Assembly (NCBI GenBank): GCA_963828735.1
Contig: CAWHFW010000002.1
Location: forward strand, 640,001-704,000
Source of the DNA: an uncultured Gemmatimonadales bacterium
GTDB taxonomy: Bacteria > Gemmatimonadota > Gemmatimonadetes > Gemmatimonadales > GWC2-71-9
Length of the DNA: 64,000 nucleotides
Direction: 5' to 3'
Position 1 is the stretch's first letter, and each line of letters begins with the position of its first letter. The notes under the pieces are model-generated. The model was not told the DNA's origin. It searched no databases and saw only the letters and a list, made by a program, of their open reading frames with translations. Below, in pieces: positions 1-12,328 of this stretch. The position numbers were made by a program, and so were the translations under genes.

Positions 1-1080
1 GACCCAGGTGAACTCCTTGCCGCTCTGGAGCCACACTAGATCGTCCACCACGTCGACCCAGGTCGAGTCGTGCTCGGTGAGCACCGTGCGCACCTGGCCG
101 CTACGTGCGTCGCCCAGCATGACCTCATCGGTGTTCTGGAGCCGGTTCAGGCGCTGGAGGATGACCTCATTGGAGCTGGCCGCCCAGTCCATGCGCGGGA
201 TGTAGTGGTCGCGGGGGTCGCCGGCGATCTCGAGCCACCGGGTGGTCCCGCCGGCGGCGGCCACGATGCCGATGCGCGCGGCCGAGTTCTGCTCGCCGAC
301 CTTGGGGTACTGGACGGGCACGACCCGGGAGTACAAGGAGTCCGTATTGTTGATGAGGTCGAAGTTCTTCACCTGGTCGGCGTTGAGCTGCCAGTAGGCG
401 ATGCTCCGCCCGTCCGGACTCCATCGCCATCCGTCGGCGTAGTAGTTCATCAGCTCTTCTTCGTACACCCAGTCGAAGGTGCCGTTGATGAGGGTGCGCG
501 ACCCGTCGGTCGTGAGCGCGGTGATCGCGCCCGACGCGAGGTCCTCCACGTACAGATTGTTCTCCCGGACGTACGCCACGCGCCCGCCGTCGGGAGAGAA
601 CTTGGCGAACATGAGCGTCGACGGTTTGGCGTCGCGGCCACCGAGCTGCCGCAGCGTCCCGCTCGCCCGGTCGAGCACCCAGTAGTCACCGCGGGTATTG
701 AGCCGCCAGACCGGTTTGGTGTTGGTGAAGATCAATAGCCTCCCAAGGTCGTCGGTCCAGGCGTAATCCTCGACCTCCAGCGGGCCGTCCCCGCCGCCGG
801 GGGTGAGCTCGCGCTCCGTCACGAGCACGTCCCGTTTTCCGCTTTCGACGTCGTAGCGCACGATGTCCTGCCCCTGGCCGCTCGCCCCCGGCTCGAGCGT
901 CGTGTAGGCCGACCCGTCGCCCAGCCAACGGGAGGGACCGAACGGCTGGGAGGCGAACTCCGCGGAGCCGTAGATCCGGGTCAGCGAGAGAAGGCTCGAA
1001 TCGGCCTGTTGAGCCGAAAGCCCCGCTGGAATCAGAAGGACGAGCGCGGCGAGGGTGCGGACGACGTGGTGACGGATCAC
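1..1080 (-). CDS. S9B dipeptidyl peptidase IV family protein, N-terminal part (runs off the left edge)
   Basis: Manual translation from GTG 1080: signal peptide MIRHHVVRTLAALVLLIPAGLSAQQ, then DPP-IV propeller motifs AKFSPDGGRVAYVRENNLY, INGTFDWVYEEE, WSPDG and YPKVGEQN. Confidence 0.9.
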   Translation of the reverse strand, partial: MIRHHVVRTLAALVLLIPAGLSAQQADSSLLSLTRIYGSAEFASQPFGPSRWLGDGSAYTTLEPGASGQGQDIVRYDVESGKRDVLVTERELTPGGGDGPLEVEDYAWTDDLGRLLIFTNTKPVWRLNTRGDYWVLDRASGTLRQLGGRDAKPSTLMFAKFSPDGGRVAYVRENNLYVEDLASGAITALTTDGSRTLINGTFDWVYEEELMNYYADGWRWSPDGRSIAYWQLNADQVKNFDLINNTDSLYSRVVPVQYPKVGEQNSAARIGIVAAAGGTTRWLEIAGDPRDHYIPRMDWAASSNEVILQRLNRLQNTDEVMLGDARSGQVRTVLTEHDSTWVDVVDDLVWLQSGKEFTWV

Positions 1081-1240
1081 GTGTTTTCCCGGTGATGTGG
1101 TTGGTTGCGGGGCGGAAATGCCTTGGCTATCCCTTTACTTGGGTATGCCCTGGTCGGTCGGAGCCGAACACCTGCAATACTTCGGTCGGCGGGGCTCCGC
1201 GGTTTCATCCGGGCTGCACGAGGCCCTTCGGAAAGGCGGC

Positions 1241-1909
1241 ATGGTGCGGCACCTCAATGAATCCTGTCTCGGTCTCGCCCTCGCGGCTTCCCTTACCCTC
1301 GCGGGCTGTTCGCCCCGGGGCCCGGAGCCGGTCGGCGGCGCCGCGCCCGCCAGCTCGAGCAGCGCGGCTCCGCCGCTCGCGGCAGATTCCGGGGCGCGCA
1401 CTACCACCGAAGGAGCGGCCCCAGCCACGCCTGCCCCGCAGCCGCCGCCTGTCGTGCCGACGGCCACGACGGAAGCCGCCACATCGGATACCGGCTTCGT
1501 TCAGTACGATGCGGCCACCAAGACGGTGACCTTCCGTCTCGTCTCCGGCCCCTTCGAGTTCAACGGGTTCACCAACGGCGGTGCGACGCTCACGGTCCCG
1601 CCTGGCAGCACCAACGTGTGGAACTTCGAGCAGAACGACGGCACGCCGCACAGCGCCGAGATCGCGAGCGGGACGGGACCGGTACCGGACTCGGGCGGCG
1701 ATCCCGCCATCCCGCGCGCATACACCAACAAGGTATCCGAGGGACTGCCTCAGGGCGCCAAGGACGTCCTTCGCTTCACCGCGCCCGACAGCGGCACCTT
1801 CCGCATCGCGTGCGGCGTCCCCGGCCACGCCCACAGCGGTATGTGGCTCTGGCTCAAGGTGGATCCGGCGGCCAAGGCCCCCACGTTCGGAGCGACCCCG
1901 AAGTCCTGA
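1241..1909 (+). CDS. Sulfocyanin (SoxE)-like blue-copper cupredoxin lipoprotein
   Basis: Lipobox LAGC, Pro/Ala/Thr-rich linker, FNGFTNGG motif, type-1 Cu ligands PHS...CGVPGHAHSGM. Confidence 0.8.
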   Translation: MVRHLNESCLGLALAASLTLAGCSPRGPEPVGGAAPASSSSAAPPLAADSGARTTTEGAAPATPAPQPPPVVPTATTEAATSDTGFVQYDAATKTVTFRLVSGPFEFNGFTNGGATLTVPPGSTNVWNFEQNDGTPHSAEIASGTGPVPDSGGDPAIPRAYTNKVSEGLPQGAKDVLRFTAPDSGTFRIACGVPGHAHSGMWLWLKVDPAAKAPTFGATPKS

Positions 1910-1922
1910 GCCCGCCGCTCGG

Positions 1923-1945
1923 GAGCCCTGGGTGCCATCCAGGGC

Positions 1946-1947
<2 letters not shown>
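1923..1947. terminator. Hairpin between the convergent cupredoxin and uvrA genes
   Basis: GAGCCCTGG-N7-CCAGGGCTC inverted repeat. Confidence 0.5.
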
Positions 1948-4846
<2,899 letters not shown>

Positions 4847-4930
4847 AGCCCCGAAAGGTACCCGAAGCCCGGCTCGAGGGTCAACGGGTTCCCGTAGACG
4901 GGGGCGGCACCTTAGCATTCAGCGGCTTCC

Positions 4931-5587
4931 ATGACCGCCTCACCTGACGATAGAGCCGCCGACTCCCCGGCGCCGGGCGATGGGCTGCTCGAGCGGGCGC
5001 ACGCCACGGCTTCCGGCCCGCATCCGGCGGAGGCGGTCGCGCTCTACCGCGAGCTGTTGGCGGCGGAACCGGCTCACGTGGAGGCCCTGCTCCGGCTGGC
5101 CGGCCTTCTGGCGCGCCTGGACGAGCACGAGCAGGCGCTCGGGCTCCTCTCCGAGGCGCTCCGCCACGCACCCGATCAGACCGAGCTCCTCGTGCTGAGG
5201 GGCGGGATCAATGGTCACCTTCGGCGGTACGAGGACGCTGAGGCGGACCTCCGGCGCGTCCTCCGGCTGCACCCGTCGCGCGCGCAGGCGCACCTCGAGC
5301 TCGGCCAGGTGCTGTGGCGAAAGGGCCTCATCGCCGACGCGACCACGCACTTTCGCCAGGCGCTCGAGTTCGAGCCGGACAGCGCGCAGGCCTACGCGCA
5401 CCTGGGCAACGCGTTGAACCAGGCCGGTGACCTCGCGGGCGCGCGGATGGCGCTCGAGCGCGCCGTCCAGCTCGACCCTCGCGACGCGAAGGCCCACCAT
5501 TTGCTCGGCCGGGTTTACGACCGGCTCGGCTACCCTGACGAGGCTCGCGCGATGTATCAGCGTTCTCGGGAGCTCTCCGGCGCGTGA
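4931..5587 (+). CDS. Tetratricopeptide repeat protein
   Basis: Repeated 34-aa TPR patterns (AHLELGQVL..., AYAHLGNAL..., AHHLLGRVY...). Confidence 0.85.
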   Translation: MTASPDDRAADSPAPGDGLLERAHATASGPHPAEAVALYRELLAAEPAHVEALLRLAGLLARLDEHEQALGLLSEALRHAPDQTELLVLRGGINGHLRRYEDAEADLRRVLRLHPSRAQAHLELGQVLWRKGLIADATTHFRQALEFEPDSAQAYAHLGNALNQAGDLAGARMALERAVQLDPRDAKAHHLLGRVYDRLGYPDEARAMYQRSRELSGA

Positions 5588-6072
5588 TCCTGGTGGTGGT
5601 CGGCGATCTGGCGCGGGAACCCGTGGACGCGGTGCTCCGGCCGGCCGATGCGACTCTCGCCCCGGTCGGCACCGCGGCCGTCGGGTTGGATGAAGCGGGC
5701 GGCGAGCGCTTCGCGGCCCAACGGCGGACGACGACACCGCTCGAGGCTGGCGCCGCCGTGGTGACAGGGGCCGGGGACCTCGTGGCGGGGTTCGCGGTGC
5801 ACGTCGTCATCGCTGACGAGCGGGGGCCGGCGCCGAGGGAGAAGATTCGCCGCGCGCTGGTGTCGGCGTGGCAGCGGGCAGGCGACTGGGGGCTGCTGCG
5901 CATTGCGGCCCCGCTGGTGGGCGCCGCGAGCGGCCAGCTCACGGTGGAGGAGTCGGCCGCGCTGCTGGTCGAGACATTTCCGAGCGCCGCCGCGGGGCGC
6001 GAGCTCCGCATCATCGTACACACGGAGGAACGGGGCATGGTCGAGGCCATCGTACGGAGGGCGCAGGCGTGA
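5584..6072 (+). CDS. Macro-domain (ADP-ribose-binding fold) protein with degenerate motifs
   Basis: GDLA...VDAVLRPAD, GAAVVTGAGDL, HVV and IAAPLVG follow the macro-domain pattern; GTGA overlaps with both neighbours. Confidence 0.65.
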   Translation: MILVVVGDLAREPVDAVLRPADATLAPVGTAAVGLDEAGGERFAAQRRTTTPLEAGAAVVTGAGDLVAGFAVHVVIADERGPAPREKIRRALVSAWQRAGDWGLLRIAAPLVGAASGQLTVEESAALLVETFPSAAAGRELRIIVHTEERGMVEAIVRRAQA

Positions 6073-6827
6073 TCCGGCTGCAGGGACTGACAAAACGGTA
6101 CGGGAAGTTCACTGCCGTGGACGGGATCGATCTCGAGGTGCCCCGCGGGGAGCTGTTCGGCCTGTTGGGTCCGAACGGCGCCGGCAAGACCACCTCCATC
6201 CGGATGATTGCTGGCATTCTCCGGCCCACGAGCGGAACAGTGGCCGTGGGAGGGGTGGACATCCAGGCGCGACCCCTCGAGGCCAAAGCCCGCCTCGGCT
6301 ACATCCCCGACCGGCCGTTCGTCTACGACAAGCTGACGGGCGGCGAGTTCCTCCGCTTTGCCGCGGCGCTCTACGGTATGCAGGGTCCGGTGGTGGAGCG
6401 ACGCATCGACGAGCTGCTGACGGTATTCGAGCTGGCGCCCTGGAAGGGCGAGCTCACCGAGACCTACAGCCACGGCATGCGGCAGAAGCTCATCATCGCG
6501 GGCGCGCTGGTCCACCGCCCCGAGGTGATCGTGGTGGACGAGCCGATGGTCGGGCTCGATCCCAAGAGCGCCCGGCTGCTCAAGGACCTGTTCCGCCAGT
6601 TCGTGAGCCGGGGCGGCACGGTGCTCATGAGCACCCACACAATGGAGATCGCCGAGGTGATGTGCGACCGCATCGCCATCGTGTATCGCGGCAGGATCGC
6701 GGCCCAGGGGACCATGGAGGAGCTTCGCCACCAGACCTCGTCCGAGGGGATGAGCCTGGAGGATCTCTTCCTCAAGCTCACCGGCGGCCATCACACACAG
6801 CCGCTCGACACGGTGCTCGACGCGTGA
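6069..6827 (+). CDS. ABC transporter ATP-binding protein
   Basis: GPNGAGKTT, YSHGMRQK, VVDEP, H-loop. Confidence 0.95.
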   Translation: MIRLQGLTKRYGKFTAVDGIDLEVPRGELFGLLGPNGAGKTTSIRMIAGILRPTSGTVAVGGVDIQARPLEAKARLGYIPDRPFVYDKLTGGEFLRFAAALYGMQGPVVERRIDELLTVFELAPWKGELTETYSHGMRQKLIIAGALVHRPEVIVVDEPMVGLDPKSARLLKDLFRQFVSRGGTVLMSTHTMEIAEVMCDRIAIVYRGRIAAQGTMEELRHQTSSEGMSLEDLFLKLTGGHHTQPLDTVLDA

Positions 6828-8524
6828 CCGAAGTCGCTCGCACTCAGCCGAGCCTGTGGACCATTCTCACGCCGAAGCGGCGCGGCGTGGTGGCGCGCCT
6901 GCGCCAGGAGCGCAGCGGCTCCTGGGCCAAGGTGCTGCTGCTGGCAGTCACCGGCGCCGGATTCTGGACCGCCGTCTTCGGGATCGCGTACCGGGTGCTG
7001 CGCTACATCCGGGACGTGCCCGACCTCGGGAGCCTGCTCGCGGGCAAGGTGCTGAGCGTAGTCCTGCTCGCCTTCCTGTCCATCCTGCTGCTCTCCAACA
7101 TCATCACGGCGCTCTCCACCTTCTTCCTCGCCAAGGATCTCGACCTCCTCGTCGGGGCGCCGATCGGGTGGCCGCGACTTTACCTCGCCAAGCTGAGCGA
7201 GACGATCGTCCACTCGTCGTGGATGGTAGGGCTGCTGGCGCTTCCGATCCTCACCGCCTATGGCACGGTGTTCTCGGGTGGTCCGCTCTTCCCGTTCGTG
7301 GCGCTCGCGGCCATCGTGCCCTACCTCGTCATCCCGGCCGTCGCGGGGACCATCTTCACGGTCCTCCTGGTCAACGTCTTTCCCGCCCGGCGGACGCGCG
7401 AGCTACTGGGACTGGTCGGCCTTGGCGCCGTCGCCGTGCTGGTGCTCATGTTCCGCTTCATCCGGCCCGAGCAGCTGGCGCGCCCCGAGGGATTCCGGAA
7501 CTTCCTGGACTACCTCAAGGTCCTGAAGGCGCCCACCAGCCCGTGGTTGCCGAGCGAGTGGTCCGCCGAGATGCTGATGAACTGGCTGACGCGGGTGGCG
7601 GACCCGTGGCCGATCGCCAAGCTGTGGGCGGCGGCCGCCGTGGCGCTGGCGATCGGCGCGGCGGTGCATCGGGCGCTGTTCGTGCCCGGCTACTCGAAGG
7701 CGCAGGAAGGCGCCGAGCGGAAGGTGCGTCGCCCGCTCCGGGGTCCCGCAGCGACGTTCCTCGCCGGCCTGCCGCCGCAGAAGCGCGAGTTCCTGTTCAA
7801 GGACATGCGCCTGTTCTTCCGCGACAATACCCAGTGGAGCCAGCTCATCCTCCTCGTGGTGCTGGTCGCGATCTACATCTTCAACATCAAGTCGTTGCCG
7901 ATACACTCGGGCGAGCGGATCCCCTTCGCTCTGGTCACGATCATCTCCTTCCTCAACCTGGGCCTCGCGGGCTTCGTGCTCTCGGCCGTGGCAGCGCGGT
8001 TCATCTTCCCGGCCATCTCGCTCGAGGGGCGGCAGATGTGGCTGCTGCGCTCGAGCCCACTCGATCCGCGAAGCATGCTGTGGAGCAAGTACTGGATGGG
8101 CACCGTGCCCCTGCTGGTCCTCGCCGTGGCGATCACGACGCTGACCAACGGGCTGCTCGAGGTGACGCCGTTCATGATGATGACGAGCCTGCTCACGATC
8201 GTGTTCTACACCATGGCCGTGAGCGCGCTCGCTCTCACGTTCGGGGTGTTCTATCCGCAGTTCGCGACCGAGAACGCGGCGCAGATCCCGACCAGTTTCG
8301 GGGGGGTCGTCTACATGATGGCCAGCCTGTGCCTCCTGGCGGTGGTGATCATGATCGAGGCGTACCCGGTGACCGCGCAGCTCCGCGCGTGGCAGCGGGG
8401 CCAGCAGCTCGAGGCCACGCCGGAGCTCCTGGGCGCGGGCGCGCTGGTGATCGTCGTCTGCGTCGCGGCAACCATCATCCCGTTGCGGCTGGGCGCGCGA
8501 CGACTCGAGCTGATGGAGTGGTAG
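6824..8524 (+). CDS. Putative ABC-2 type exporter permease (multi-TM)
   Basis: Many hydrophobic segments, ISLEGRQMWLLRSSP motif, coupled to the ATPase by a GTGA overlap. Confidence 0.85.
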   Translation: MTEVARTQPSLWTILTPKRRGVVARLRQERSGSWAKVLLLAVTGAGFWTAVFGIAYRVLRYIRDVPDLGSLLAGKVLSVVLLAFLSILLLSNIITALSTFFLAKDLDLLVGAPIGWPRLYLAKLSETIVHSSWMVGLLALPILTAYGTVFSGGPLFPFVALAAIVPYLVIPAVAGTIFTVLLVNVFPARRTRELLGLVGLGAVAVLVLMFRFIRPEQLARPEGFRNFLDYLKVLKAPTSPWLPSEWSAEMLMNWLTRVADPWPIAKLWAAAAVALAIGAAVHRALFVPGYSKAQEGAERKVRRPLRGPAATFLAGLPPQKREFLFKDMRLFFRDNTQWSQLILLVVLVAIYIFNIKSLPIHSGERIPFALVTIISFLNLGLAGFVLSAVAARFIFPAISLEGRQMWLLRSSPLDPRSMLWSKYWMGTVPLLVLAVAITTLTNGLLEVTPFMMMTSLLTIVFYTMAVSALALTFGVFYPQFATENAAQIPTSFGGVVYMMASLCLLAVVIMIEAYPVTAQLRAWQRGQQLEATPELLGAGALVIVVCVAATIIPLRLGARRLELMEW

Positions 8525-8525
8525 C

Positions 8526-9566
8526 ATGGGCGCCATAGCGGTCGACCTGTACAGCGACACCCTCACGCGGCCCACCGCCGCGATGCGCCGGGCCATGGCG
8601 GAGGCCGAGGTCGGCGACGAGCAGAACCGCGAGGATCCGACGGTCAACCGCCTCCAGCAGATGGTCGCCGAGCTCCTGGGCCACGAGGCGGCGCTCTACA
8701 TGCCATCTGGCACGATGTGCAACCAGGTCGCCTTCGCGGTGCACTGCCGGGCCGGTGACGAGATCCTGCTGCACGAGACGGCGCACCCGCTGCTCTACGA
8801 GGCCGGCGGGCCGGCGGCTCTCGTCGGCGCGGTCATGCGTCCGCTCCCGGGCGCGCGCGGGATGTACTCGGCCGACCAGGTTCGCCAAGCCGTGCGGCCT
8901 CCGGTGCACTACATGCCCCGCACGCGGGTGATTTCGATCGAACAGACGGCGAACATCGTCGGTGGCGTGTGCTGGCCCCTGGCACAGATCGAGGAGGTCT
9001 GCGCGGCAGGGCATGCCGCCGGACTGGCGTGTCACATGGACGGCGCCCGTCTCATGAACGCCGTGGTTGCGACCGGAACGTCGGCCAGCGCGTTCGCGCG
9101 GTCGTTCGACAGCGTGTGGATCGATCTGACGAAGGGGCTGGGCGCTCCCGTCGGCGCGGTCCTCGCCGGCTCGAAGGCGTTCATCGAGGAGGGCTGGGTG
9201 TTCAAGCAGCGCTTCGGCGGCGCCATGCGGCAGGCGGGCATCATCGCCGCCGCGGGCATCTACGCGCTGGAGCATCATGTGGACCGCCTGGCCGAGGACC
9301 ACGAGCGTGCCCGTCAACTGGCGACCGGGCTGGCCGAGCTGCCGGGGCTCGCGGTCGATGCGGCCCGGGTCGACACGAACATCGTGATCTTCGATGTCCG
9401 CGGGGCAGGCATCACCGCCGAGGAATTCGGCCGGCGGACGGAGCGGTCGGGGGTCCGGTTCAACGCGCTGGGCCCCACGCTCGTCCGAGCCGTGATGCAT
9501 CTCGACGTGCCGGCCGACGGCGTCGAACGGGCCCTGAGCGCCGCACGCGCGGCGTTGCGAGGGTAA
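8526..9566 (+). CDS. ltaE: Low-specificity L-threonine aldolase (PLP)
   Basis: DLYSDTLTRPT, PSGTMCNQ, HMDGARLMNA, PLP lysine in LTKGLGAPVG, GGAMRQAG. Confidence 0.9.
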   Translation: MGAIAVDLYSDTLTRPTAAMRRAMAEAEVGDEQNREDPTVNRLQQMVAELLGHEAALYMPSGTMCNQVAFAVHCRAGDEILLHETAHPLLYEAGGPAALVGAVMRPLPGARGMYSADQVRQAVRPPVHYMPRTRVISIEQTANIVGGVCWPLAQIEEVCAAGHAAGLACHMDGARLMNAVVATGTSASAFARSFDSVWIDLTKGLGAPVGAVLAGSKAFIEEGWVFKQRFGGAMRQAGIIAAAGIYALEHHVDRLAEDHERARQLATGLAELPGLAVDAARVDTNIVIFDVRGAGITAEEFGRRTERSGVRFNALGPTLVRAVMHLDVPADGVERALSAARAALRG

Positions 9567-9640
9567 GCCTCCGGCGAACTCCGGGTCCCGCCCCCGCCAG
9601 TGGTGGGGTACTCGAGTACTGATCGGCCAAGACTTGCTGA

Positions 9641-9701
9641 GGGCCGCCGTCTGACGACGGCGGCTCGTTTTTTCGATGGGCGGCCCTTGGCCGCCCTTTT
9701 T
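9641..9701 (+). terminator. Two tandem intrinsic terminators
   Basis: GGGCCGCCGTC-N4-GACGGCGGCTC-G-T6 and GGGCGGCC-N3-GGCCGCCC-T5. Confidence 0.8.
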
Positions 9702-9814
9702 CGTTCCCTCCGGCACCGGGGCGATCCGAAGGCCCCACTTGGCTCCTCCTACGTTGCGCTCGCCGTCGGACCCGGCGCGGCCGTCAGCGCGAGTGACTCA
9801 CTCAAGGAGGAGAC

Positions 9815-11059
9815 ATGTCCCGTCCATCCAGACTCGCCCTTCTCGCGCTGCTCGCTGGAGCCGGAGGCTGCAGCGACCGCGCGGACCCCGGCCCCACGTC
9901 ACCGTCCGAGGAACAGGCGATCGCCATTGCCCCGAGTCCCGACGCCAAGGGCACTGGGGCGCAACGTGCAGCGGAGGAACGGCTCGCCCGCCGGGTCGCA
10001 CTCGCCCTGGCCGATCCGGACTTCCGATCCTACGTAAAGGGCCGTCTCGATGGCTCGACGGTGCTGGAGCACAAGCTCCACTTCCAGCGCTGGCTCCGCT
10101 CGTCGGACCATCGGCTCCTCAAGGCACTGGCCAAGGCCTCGGAGGAGTCCGAGGCCTTCGTCAACGCGGATGCCGATGTGGCCGCCGCGCTCGAGTTCTA
10201 CGTGCCGGTGCCCGCGCACCGGGCAGCCTGGCAGGGCGGCGAGGATGTGCTCGTGGCCACCGCCCGGGAAGATCACGAGCGGCCGATCGCGTTCGACACC
10301 AGGGGCAAGCGTCAGGTGTTGAGCGCCGACGCACCACCGATCACGCCGGTGCTGGCCATCGTGCCGGTGGAGACCGACTTCGACGGGCCGCGCCAGGGAA
10401 ACCTGCTGCCCGAGGATGGCGGCGGTGGTGGCGGCGGAGGCGGTGGCGGGGGCACACCGGCGCCCAGCCCGACCCCGGGGCTGTACCTGACCTCGTCGCA
10501 CTTCGTCCAGGATTTTGAGGGTTGGTTGAAGGGCAGCCCCGAATATGAGATTCACATCATGGGTCAGTCGGGCGCCTCGGACTCGCTGACCAGCTACCAG
10601 TGCGCTGGGGAACACGCCGGCGGCGCCTACGCCTTCGACCAGAACACCCTCGACTGGACCGGCAACGTCCTGCTGTTCTCGCAGGCGCAGCTCAACAGCT
10701 ACAAGACCGCGCACCCCGGACAGAGCGAGCGGATCCTGGTAATCGAAGACGATGATGGGGCGTGCCAGATCCGACTGGACGGAGACCGGTTCAAGGCCTT
10801 CCAGAACGCGCTACAGAACGCCTACCCCAATCTCACCGGCGGGAAGGACAGCACCAGCGGCGTTTCGCGGGTGTTCCGAAAGGCGAACGCTCTGCAGCGA
10901 ATTCTCCGCGCCGCGTACTCGTGGCTCACCTCCCAGGACGACCTGATCGGAAACGCGATCGAGGACACGGTCGTCGGCGAATTCCACGCCGGTGCCAACT
11001 GGATCATTCGCGGTGACGGCAACGTCACCAACGGCTGGCTCAAACTCCAAATGCGGTGA
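9815..11059 (+). CDS. Hypothetical lipoprotein (possibly DUF3103-like) with a poly-Gly linker
   Basis: RBS AAGGAGG, lipobox-like AGGC, G11 linker, coding-like codon usage; family call tentative. Confidence 0.6.
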   Translation: MSRPSRLALLALLAGAGGCSDRADPGPTSPSEEQAIAIAPSPDAKGTGAQRAAEERLARRVALALADPDFRSYVKGRLDGSTVLEHKLHFQRWLRSSDHRLLKALAKASEESEAFVNADADVAAALEFYVPVPAHRAAWQGGEDVLVATAREDHERPIAFDTRGKRQVLSADAPPITPVLAIVPVETDFDGPRQGNLLPEDGGGGGGGGGGGGTPAPSPTPGLYLTSSHFVQDFEGWLKGSPEYEIHIMGQSGASDSLTSYQCAGEHAGGAYAFDQNTLDWTGNVLLFSQAQLNSYKTAHPGQSERILVIEDDDGACQIRLDGDRFKAFQNALQNAYPNLTGGKDSTSGVSRVFRKANALQRILRAAYSWLTSQDDLIGNAIEDTVVGEFHAGANWIIRGDGNVTNGWLKLQMR

Positions 11060-11062
11060 CCC

Positions 11063-11662
11063 ATGAACACCTCTCATGCTCGCGTGGCGCTGATCGCGTG
11101 CCTCTGTGTGCTGGGCTCCGGCCGAGTGGACGCCCAATGGGCCATTTCCGCGGGGATGCGGGCGGCCCGTTTCACGGGTGGCGCGGAGGAGCCGGCCACC
11201 GGCCGTACCCTCAGTCCGTACCGGCCGACGCTCGTCGAGGTGGGACTCGATCACGCGTGGCGCCACGTGGGCGTCGGAGTGCGCTTCGGATATGCCTCGA
11301 GCAGCCTGGCGCTGGAGGGAGATGAAGCCCTGGCAGCGGTGAAGGATGCGCTCAGCGTGTACAGCGCGGAGCCGGAGCTCACCGTTCGGCTCACCCATCT
11401 GGGCGCCGACGGCGTGCTTCGCGCCTACACGGGTGCCTTGATCGAGAACTGGAAACTGCCGGACGCCGGCTCACGGACGCGGGTCGGCGTCGCGGCGGGC
11501 CTGGGCCTGGAGATGTCGTTCGGTGGACGCTGGACGGGAGTCCTTCGCGCGGGCGGCGCGGTCACACCGTCGCCGTTCACGCAGGAGGATCTCGATGCGG
11601 CGCTCGAGCCTCGCACCCTGTGGAGGCGCGAGCTCGGTGGCTCGCTGCGATATCGCCTCTGA
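11063..11662 (+). CDS. Small outer-membrane beta-barrel protein
   Basis: Signal peptide, alternating amphipathic strands, C-terminal GSLRYRL. Confidence 0.65.
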   Translation: MNTSHARVALIACLCVLGSGRVDAQWAISAGMRAARFTGGAEEPATGRTLSPYRPTLVEVGLDHAWRHVGVGVRFGYASSSLALEGDEALAAVKDALSVYSAEPELTVRLTHLGADGVLRAYTGALIENWKLPDAGSRTRVGVAAGLGLEMSFGGRWTGVLRAGGAVTPSPFTQEDLDAALEPRTLWRRELGGSLRYRL

Positions 11663-11741
11663 GGCTGGAGCTGGCGTTGCGCGCCGACCGGACGTGAACG
11701 GATCGCGCACGACGTGATCGGCGGGCGGTGGTGTCGCGGTC

Positions 11742-11794
11742 GCAGCGGAGCGGAGGGCTCGGACCCTGAGAGCGATCATGGCCTCGACATCACC
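11742..11794. repeat. 53-bp diverged copy of 11997-12049
   Basis: 46/53 identical by manual alignment; encodes GDVEAMIALRVRALRSA vs GDAEAMIAARVRALRSV. Confidence 0.75.
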
Positions 11795-11812
11795 CACCCC
11801 GACGTCGCCCGG

Positions 11813-12328
11813 TCAGGCCGCCACGCCCGCCCCGCACTGCGCGCAGAAGCGGGAGCCCTCGCCGAGCATGGCGCCACACCCCGCGCATGCTCCGCCCTCC
11901 GCAATCCGGCGCCCGCACGTGGAGCAGAATGCCGCGTCCGGCTCGGGACGCGGGCCGCAGGAGGCGCATGCAGGTGCCTCTGGTGACGCCGAGGTGGCAA
12001 CGGAGCGGAGGGCGCGAACCCTCGCAGCGATCATGGCCTCGGCATCACCTGTCCCGGCGGCGTCCGCCGATTCGGCGCGCAACGCCTCGAGGGCGGCGCC
12101 CGTGTATTTCCGCTTGAGGAACTCGTAGTCCTCGTCGGAGAGCTTGCCGGTCTCCCGGTCGAACTCGATCTCCTTGAGCGCCGAGAGCGCCACGCCCCTG
12201 GGCGTCTCCTCGGGATCAGGCGGCTCGTAGATCGGGGGTTTCGGCGAACTGGGGAGGAGCAACGGCTGAAGTATCACCCACACCACCGCGAGCCCTACCA
12301 GGGCCGCAGCCACCACCTCGAGCGCCAT
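11813..12328 (-). CDS. Membrane protein with CcmI-N-like region and double zinc ribbon
   Basis: N-terminal TM, LKEIEFDRETGKLSDEDY motif, four CxxC pairs (CASC, CSTC, CAGC, CAQC). Confidence 0.8.
   Translation of the reverse strand: MALEVVAAALVGLAVVWVILQPLLLPSSPKPPIYEPPDPEETPRGVALSALKEIEFDRETGKLSDEDYEFLKRKYTGAALEALRAESADAAGTGDAEAMIAARVRALRSVATSASPEAPACASCGPRPEPDAAFCSTCGRRIAEGGACAGCGAMLGEGSRFCAQCGAGVAA

Noticed and set aside
6069..8524. ABC transporter as the missing ccmAB
   Set aside because: The permease is ~566 aa and unlike CcmB/CcmC (no WWD motif); it belongs to a separate operon on the other strand.
9567..9701. Possible attenuator, riboswitch or tRNA remnant after ltaE
   Set aside because: No leader peptide with a start and a suitable stop, and no cloverleaf or recognisable aptamer; two plain terminators explain the region.
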